Shown here in pieces: positions 58,615-64,000 of a DNA stretch of 64,000 nucleotides. Source of the DNA: Balneolaceae bacterium UBA2956 (GTDB taxonomy: Bacteria; Bacteroidota; Rhodothermia; Balneolales; Balneolaceae); NCBI GenBank assembly GCA_002348545.1, contig DEBM01000013.1, positions 52,345 through 116,344 of the forward strand. Reading direction: 5' to 3'. Each line of letters opens with the position of its first letter. Positions within the stretch are counted from its first letter, which is position 1. Both the position numbers and the translations under genes were made by a program. The notes below the pieces were generated by a model. It was given only the letters and a program-made list of their open reading frames with translations. It searched no databases and was not told the origin of the DNA.

Positions 58615-59451
58615 ATGTCAATTAATACAATAGAACAAGCCAGAAATCAGCGAGTTGAGGCCATTTCATTCATTAAAGAACGCCTACCCATTAACCCAGA
58701 ATATTTACTTATACTAGGAACCGGCCTGGGAAAATTAGCGGAAGAAATGACCTTGGAATTAGAATTGCCTTACAAAGATATACCGCACTTCCCTGTTTCC
58801 ACTGTAGAAAGTCATACCGGAAAATTATTAATTGGGTATCTAGGTGGTAAACCTGTAATGGCAATGCAGGGGCGGTTTCATTATTATGAGGGCTATTCAA
58901 TGAACCAAATTGTCTTCCCGATCCGAGTAGCCAAAAAGTTAGGGATACAAACGTTATTAGTAAGCAATGCGTGCGGCGGATTAAATCCCAAGTTTAAGCG
59001 TGGCGATATCATGCTCATTAATGACCATATTAATTTCTTAGGAGATAACCCCTTAATTGGTGTCAATGATCCTGATTTAGGCCCTCGATTTCCAGATATG
59101 TCCCAACCTTATACAAAGCATTTATTGGCCACTGCTAATCAAATTGCCATCGATGCGGAAATAGAAATACATCAAGGAGTATATTTAGCCGTATCTGGGC
59201 CAATGCTCGAAACCAAAGCTGAATACCGATATATGCGACAATTAGGCGCTGATGTGGTGGGTATGTCAACCGTCCCAGAAGTCATTGCAGCAGTACACAT
59301 GGATATGGAAGTGCTCGGGATTTCAGTCATCACCGATGAATGTTTCCCCGATTCTCTTGAACCCGTGAGCCTAGATGATGTATTAAATGCAGCCAAGATG
59401 GCAAAGCCGCAATTAACACGTATAGTAGTGGGTCTGCTCGAACGGCTCTAG
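58615..59451 (+). CDS. punA: purine nucleoside phosphorylase (PNP-I / PunA type)
   Basis: LILGTGLG, MQGRFHYYEGY, NACGGLN and VGMSTVPE motifs are present. Confidence 0.88.
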   Translation: MSINTIEQARNQRVEAISFIKERLPINPEYLLILGTGLGKLAEEMTLELELPYKDIPHFPVSTVESHTGKLLIGYLGGKPVMAMQGRFHYYEGYSMNQIVFPIRVAKKLGIQTLLVSNACGGLNPKFKRGDIMLINDHINFLGDNPLIGVNDPDLGPRFPDMSQPYTKHLLATANQIAIDAEIEIHQGVYLAVSGPMLETKAEYRYMRQLGADVVGMSTVPEVIAAVHMDMEVLGISVITDECFPDSLEPVSLDDVLNAAKMAKPQLTRIVVGLLERL

Positions 59452-59599
59452 TTTTTTGAGATTGATTTACTTATAGAATCTTTTTTTCTGCTAACACACT
59501 TATTTATCCACAAAAACCCGTATTTTTCCACTTGCTCTTGACTAAGGGTACTAAATTCAGCTTTTTTATTAAAACATTAAACACTATTGCTCAATTCAT

Positions 59600-60331
59600 A
59601 TGCAATACAACCATTCCGACGATGAAAATTGGGACGAGAGCCAGTGGGACGCGCATATTTCAGAAGTAGAGAAAAAGACTAATCAATTAAGGAAATTTAT
59701 CACTACTGATCCTCGTGGAGGTTCTACCCCTCGTTGGATTACTTTACTTGAAGAAAGTGTTAACGAAGATGACGCATTCGAAGCCTATGTAGAAGAGGAA
59801 TTACTACTTGACGAAGCCTATTTCCCAGATGACGAAGATTGGGAAGAGGAAGATGAGTTTGATGAAGACGAGTTTCCATATAATTCTATTGAGGAGTTTG
59901 ACGCAGGAGAAGAATGGAAAGCCTTAAGCGAAGACTTTGCCTATTCTAATTACGGCAGTTTAGATAATCTAAAAATCTACTCTCGATCCAAAAATCTTGC
60001 CATTAACATCTTAAGATGGGCGCTATCGATAAATGAAAAACACCAAAGCGGTGAAATTGACGATTTCGTTGAAGAAACGTTAAAAATAGGTGCTAAATTA
60101 GCAGGGGGATACTCTTTTGGATTTGACAACGAATATATAGGGGCAAACATTGCATACACTAAACGGTCTTTGTTATACGCAAACTACGGATTAAATCATC
60201 TAGTACAACTCAAGGGAAAAAATTTATTCAAAAAATCTGAGTACTTAGTATTTCATGAACATTTCCATGAATTGCGAAACGATATTGGTGTTTATGTCCA
60301 AGAATTACGTGATCGTTTTCATCACGGTTAA
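59600..60331 (+). CDS. hypothetical protein with a highly acidic N-terminal half
   Basis: 243-aa ORF. Residues about 40-110 are Asp/Glu-rich (DDEDWEEEDEFDEDEF). The C-terminal half looks helical. I recognise no family. Confidence 0.5.
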   Translation: MQYNHSDDENWDESQWDAHISEVEKKTNQLRKFITTDPRGGSTPRWITLLEESVNEDDAFEAYVEEELLLDEAYFPDDEDWEEEDEFDEDEFPYNSIEEFDAGEEWKALSEDFAYSNYGSLDNLKIYSRSKNLAINILRWALSINEKHQSGEIDDFVEETLKIGAKLAGGYSFGFDNEYIGANIAYTKRSLLYANYGLNHLVQLKGKNLFKKSEYLVFHEHFHELRNDIGVYVQELRDRFHHG

Positions 60332-60335
60332 AGAA

Positions 60336-61376
60336 CTATTTCCAAATGGCTATGGTCTTCTCACCACCTTCGCTTTGAGAGGCACGAAACATAGAACCTG
60401 TATTGGTTTCCATTGAAATATTTCCCTCTCGATCTACTGCGATAAAACCCGCTTCTCCTTCATTCAATAATTCATAGACCAAATAATACATCGATTCATT
60501 CAAACTAGCTCCTGTATATCGCATATGACTGGCTAGCCGATGAGCAGAAACATTTAGCATAATACGTTCCCCCCAACCTGTTGCAGAAACTGCTACTCGA
60601 TCATCGGCATAGGTTCCCGATCCAATTATAGGCACATCTCCTACTCGGCCATACATCTTATTAGTCATTCCCCCTGTTGATGTTCCCGCTACTAAGCGGC
60701 CCGTTTTATCTACGGCCACGCAACCAACTGTTCCCATTTTCCACCCATTATCTAGTTGTAATTCGAAATATCCTTGAGATTCATTGGCACGTTTCCAGGC
60801 TTCATAACGAGTTGGCACTCTAAAATATTCTGGTTCGACGCGCTCGACCGTGGTTTGATCAGCAAACTGCTCTGCACCGTCACCTGCAAATAAAATGTGT
60901 CTCGATTCTTCCATAATAATTCGGGCCAGCGATATTGGATGTTTCACTGTTGTCAAGCCCGTTGCCGCTCCTGCGTTCATCTGCGAGCCATCCATAATAG
61001 CCGCATCTAACTCATTTTTTCCTTCACTGGTAAAAACTGCTCCACGACCGGCGTTAAATAGTGGGTTGTCCTCTAAAAAACGAACAGTCTGCTCAACAGC
61101 ATCTAGCGATGATCCCCCTTGATCTAAAATATCTACTCCTATGGCTAATGCGGAATCTAAGGCGGCCATATAACGATTCTTTCTTTCTTGTGACATATCC
61201 GGTGAGACATAACCAGCCCCTCCATGCAATGCTAAAGCCCATTTTTGTTCCTGGGGTTCTTGCGTAGCTGTCTTTACGGACATTTGGGCAACCACTAATG
61301 GCATATCGAAAATAAAGGACCCCGCTACAAATACAATCAATAAGGTGAATAAAAAAGAAAAGGTTCGTTTTAACAT
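60336..61376 (-). CDS. isoaspartyl peptidase / L-asparaginase (Ntn hydrolase), exported
   Basis: It has a signal-like N-terminus, the autoprocessing site GTVGCVAVD (Thr nucleophile), and GAGATG/GRVGD motifs. Confidence 0.85.
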   Translation of the reverse strand: MLKRTFSFLFTLLIVFVAGSFIFDMPLVVAQMSVKTATQEPQEQKWALALHGGAGYVSPDMSQERKNRYMAALDSALAIGVDILDQGGSSLDAVEQTVRFLEDNPLFNAGRGAVFTSEGKNELDAAIMDGSQMNAGAATGLTTVKHPISLARIIMEESRHILFAGDGAEQFADQTTVERVEPEYFRVPTRYEAWKRANESQGYFELQLDNGWKMGTVGCVAVDKTGRLVAGTSTGGMTNKMYGRVGDVPIIGSGTYADDRVAVSATGWGERIMLNVSAHRLASHMRYTGASLNESMYYLVYELLNEGEAGFIAVDREGNISMETNTGSMFRASQSEGGEKTIAIWK

Positions 61377-61757
61377 GTATTCAAGTGCATTTATTTTGAG
61401 CTTAATTATGATGAATTATACAAGAAAAGAATACTCATCAAAACTTTTATTTTAAAAACTTTAAGTTTTTCAAAATGCGAGATAACTATGCTATCACTAC
61501 ACATTCTGAGTTATATTATAAATACTTTATAATTGACCCTAATCGGCAAATATCTACTTAAAGACGATACAAAGCGCTCAATTCACACCAGGTATGCAGA
61601 GGGGTAGAATAATTCGCTTTCAGTATAATTTACCTATTGCACTTCTGCTGCCGAATTAACCTCTTGATTTATTGTTAAAATACTCTTAGCTATAAATAAA
61701 TTGCACAAAATAAAAATCTTAGTGACTATAAATATACTACTTAGCTTATATAAGTTG

Positions 61758-61831
61758 TACGCCCGGGAGGGTTCGAACCCCCAACCCCCAGGGCCGAAAC
61801 CTGGTACTCTATCCAGTTGAGCTACGGGCGC
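61758..61831 (-). tRNA. tRNA-Arg (anticodon UCG), no encoded CCA
   Basis: The reverse complement GCGCCCGTAGCTCAACTGGATAGAGTACCAGGTTTCGGCCCTGGGGGTTGGGGGTTCGAACCCTCCCGGGCGTA folds as a cloverleaf. The anticodon arm is CCAGG-TTTCGGC-CCTGG and the T-loop is TTCGAAC. Confidence 0.9.
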
Positions 61832-61998
61832 AGACACTTTTAATGAATAATAAATATAGGAAAACACACGCTCAGAAGCACCTATTTTGCTTAGTAAACT
61901 CATTATCTATAACGTACTTATATTGTCATTTAACAAAAATAGTGCGATTTTTTAATAGTTATCTTAAGCGAACTTTTCTAACCTAAACTATTACAATA

Positions 61999-62253
61999 AT
62001 GGATGTATTTTTAGCCACACTTTTACTAGCTATAACCTTTCTAGGTATTGGTTTTGCCGGTATAGCTATTAAAATTTGGGCAAAAAAAGATGGTAACTTT
62101 TCAGGTACCTGTGCAAGTAATAGTCCTTTTCTAAATGAAGAAGGAGAAGTTTGTAGTTTATGTGGGGCATTACCTGACCAAAAGTGTAAAGGTGAAGACC
62201 AAACGCCTTCTAACCGAAAAAAAGAAGAGTCTGAATTTAGCCCTTTTGTTTAG
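61999..62253 (+). CDS. nqrM: probable (Na+)-NQR maturation protein NqrM
   Basis: 84 aa with one N-terminal TM helix, then KKDGNFSGTCAS...VCSLCG...KC, a Cys pattern resembling NqrM/DUF539. It lies next to apbE and nqrF. Confidence 0.6.
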   Translation: MDVFLATLLLAITFLGIGFAGIAIKIWAKKDGNFSGTCASNSPFLNEEGEVCSLCGALPDQKCKGEDQTPSNRKKEESEFSPFV

Positions 62254-62289
62254 AAAAGATTCAAAGTGTTAAATGATAATTTTTTGCAT

Positions 62290-63366
62290 CTATTTTGTCT
62301 GAACCATCGAAATATTCAGCTCAGGACTGTAATAAGTAAGCCAATTCTCTTCATCATCAGTATAGATGAGGATTCCTGAGTATTCAGCATTGCTTTCCAA
62401 AAACTCAATGCATCGTAGATGCCCCCAAACCATACATGCTGTAGCGTAGGCGTCTGCCATAGTCGCCTCAGCGTGTAGTATACTAGCGCTCAATAATTGA
62501 TTCATCGCGGGACGACCTGTTTTTGGATTAATAGTATGGGCGTATTTGATGCCGGTCTGTTCATCCACCCAATATTTTCGATAGTTTCCTGATGTAGCTA
62601 ACGACTTATTTTTCATAGAAATAATTACTTGCAATATTCTACCCGCAATAGATGAGTCATTAGGACTATCAATACCTATTTTCCAATACTCTCCTTGAGC
62701 ATTATAACCATGAGTTCGGACTTCTCCACCCAATTCGACATAATAGTCTTTAATGCCTTTTGATTCTACCAATAAGGCTAGTGTATCTACACTATAGCCC
62801 TGAGCTATGGCATTAAAATCTATAGAAAATTCTTTAGGAATCCTTACGCTATTCCTTAAAGAGTCCACATTAATTTGTTCAAAACCAGTACTTTCAAGGA
62901 CGTCTTGTATGTTTTGTTCACTAATATCTCCTCGCATCTCATCGAAGCCGAATCCCCATAAATGAACAAGTGACCCTATAGTAGGATCAAAAGCTCCGTC
63001 GGTTTCTTGCGCCACATCAATTGCTGATAACAACACCTTCATGAATAAATCATCTACCTGAAACCAATCTCCGTCGGACCTGTTCAACCCAGAGATAATG
63101 GAGCCTGGGACATACGTGCTCATGGATTCATCAATGCTGGTTAATAGCTTAACTACCTCCGTGTGTAATTGTGTTACATCGACGGTTTTAGGTGCTTCAA
63201 ACTGGATAGTATAAGTCGTTCCCTGGGCTTGCCCTTTTAAAGTTTTATAATCCAAAGCAGGGCTACAAGTGATGGTAACCAGTAAGTAACTAAATAGCCC
63301 TAAAAGTAAATAGAAACGACCAGGGCCGTTTCTATTTACTGCGTTCATTCGCATTAATCTATACAT
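62290..63366 (-). CDS. apbE: FAD:protein FMN transferase ApbE, lipoprotein
   Basis: The lipobox-like signal is LLVTITCS. FDPTIG, ATSGNYRKY, HTINPKTG and MADAYATA motifs are present. Confidence 0.88.
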   Translation of the reverse strand: MYRLMRMNAVNRNGPGRFYLLLGLFSYLLVTITCSPALDYKTLKGQAQGTTYTIQFEAPKTVDVTQLHTEVVKLLTSIDESMSTYVPGSIISGLNRSDGDWFQVDDLFMKVLLSAIDVAQETDGAFDPTIGSLVHLWGFGFDEMRGDISEQNIQDVLESTGFEQINVDSLRNSVRIPKEFSIDFNAIAQGYSVDTLALLVESKGIKDYYVELGGEVRTHGYNAQGEYWKIGIDSPNDSSIAGRILQVIISMKNKSLATSGNYRKYWVDEQTGIKYAHTINPKTGRPAMNQLLSASILHAEATMADAYATACMVWGHLRCIEFLESNAEYSGILIYTDDEENWLTYYSPELNISMVQTK

Positions 63367-63377
63367 GTGCGCTGATA

Positions 63378-64000
63378 TTATCCGCCAAAGTCATCAAAGG
63401 CCACGTTTTCCTCGGGCACACCCCAATCGTCACACATCTTTTGAACAGCTTGGTTCATTAGTGGTGGGCCACAAAAATAAAATTCTATTTCCTCAGGTTC
63501 TGGGTGCTTTGATAAATACTGATCTATTACAGCCTGATGTACAAACCCGAGGAAGCCATCACCTTTCTCATCATCAATGTCTTTCTTTTCAACCCAATTA
63601 TCTTCTTCTAATGGTTCTGACAACACGATGTAGAATTTAAAATTATCAAACTTATCTTCTAATTGTTTAAAATGATCCAAGTAGAATAACTCTCTTCTTG
63701 AGCGTCCACCATACCAATAAGAAACCTTACGCCCTGTTTCTAGGGTTTTAAAAAGATGATACAAGTGAGAACGCATAGGGGCCATTCCTGCTCCTCCGCC
63801 CACATAAAGCATTTCAGATTCTGTCTCTTCTTTGATAAAGAACTCTCCATAAGGACCAGAAATAGTTACCGTCTCCCCTGGTTTTTTATCAAAGATATAC
63901 GATGAAGCAATACCCGGATTTACATCCATCCATCCATTCTTAGATCGATCCCATGGTGGAGTAGCAATACGAACATTCAGCATTACCTTTCGACCTTCGG
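63378..64000 (-). CDS. nqrF: Na+-translocating NADH:quinone oxidoreductase subunit F, C-terminal part (5' end beyond the window)
   Basis: [45 protein letters not shown] and the terminal DDFGG are present. The frame stays open upstream of the track Met through base 64000. Confidence 0.88.
   Translation of the reverse strand, partial: EGRKVMLNVRIATPPWDRSKNGWMDVNPGIASSYIFDKKPGETVTISGPYGEFFIKEETESEMLYVGGGAGMAPMRSHLYHLFKTLETGRKVSYWYGGRSRRELFYLDHFKQLEDKFDNFKFYIVLSEPLEEDNWVEKKDIDDEKGDGFLGFVHQAVIDQYLSKHPEPEEIEFYFCGPPLMNQAVQKMCDDWGVPEENVAFDDFGG

Noticed and set aside
61634-61903. Track ORF 61634-61903 (-, 89 aa)
   Set aside because: It reads straight through tRNA-Arg(UCG) at 61758-61831. This is an artefact of the open frame across the tRNA.

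Overview
This is a gene-dense, roughly 90% coding chromosomal window from a low to moderate GC bacterium. I infer it belongs to the FCB group (Bacteroidota, Balneolota or Rhodothermota-like). The basis is two proteins with Por/T9SS C-terminal sorting domains, a PorX-type receiver-PglZ regulator cut by the left edge, and Na+-NQR genes (nqrF, apbE, nqrM) at the right edge.

Most of the window is housekeeping:
- tRNA and RNA functions: trhO, smpB, an RNase P RNA, tRNA-Phe(GAA) and tRNA-Arg(UCG).
- Cofactor metabolism: hemW, a NifS-like desulfurase divergent from nadC-nadA, and an lpdA-lipB-lipA-plsY-gpsA array.
- Other core genes: recJ, hslO, prfC, nif3, and a yggS-divIVA-punA cluster.

The accessory content is secreted or surface proteins:
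- a T9SS HExxH protein (3729-5501);
- three consecutive signal-peptide enzymes (M20D amidohydrolase, GH13, PHP/Sb-PDE-like);
- an AT-rich 1785-aa T9SS giant surface protein (19855-25212);
- a five-gene co-directional block of exported hydrolase-like proteins (25751-31896);
- a 1103-aa BNR/sortilin-like protein.

Three features are missed by the ORF track: the PorX fragment (1-1074, minus strand), a decayed RluA-type pseudouridine synthase pseudogene (about 2105-2640), and rnpB (54469-54827, minus strand).

I found no CRISPR array, transposase, integrase, prophage module or recognisable defence genes, so I cannot point to a clear-cut novel system. The best candidates for follow-up are:
- the translationally coupled HU / HU-TM-LysM-like gene pair;
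- the five-gene exported hydrolase block;
- the giant T9SS protein in its AT-rich compositional island;
- a short AlbA_2-wHTH gene embedded in the housekeeping array.

All functional calls come from motif recognition by eye. No database search was run.
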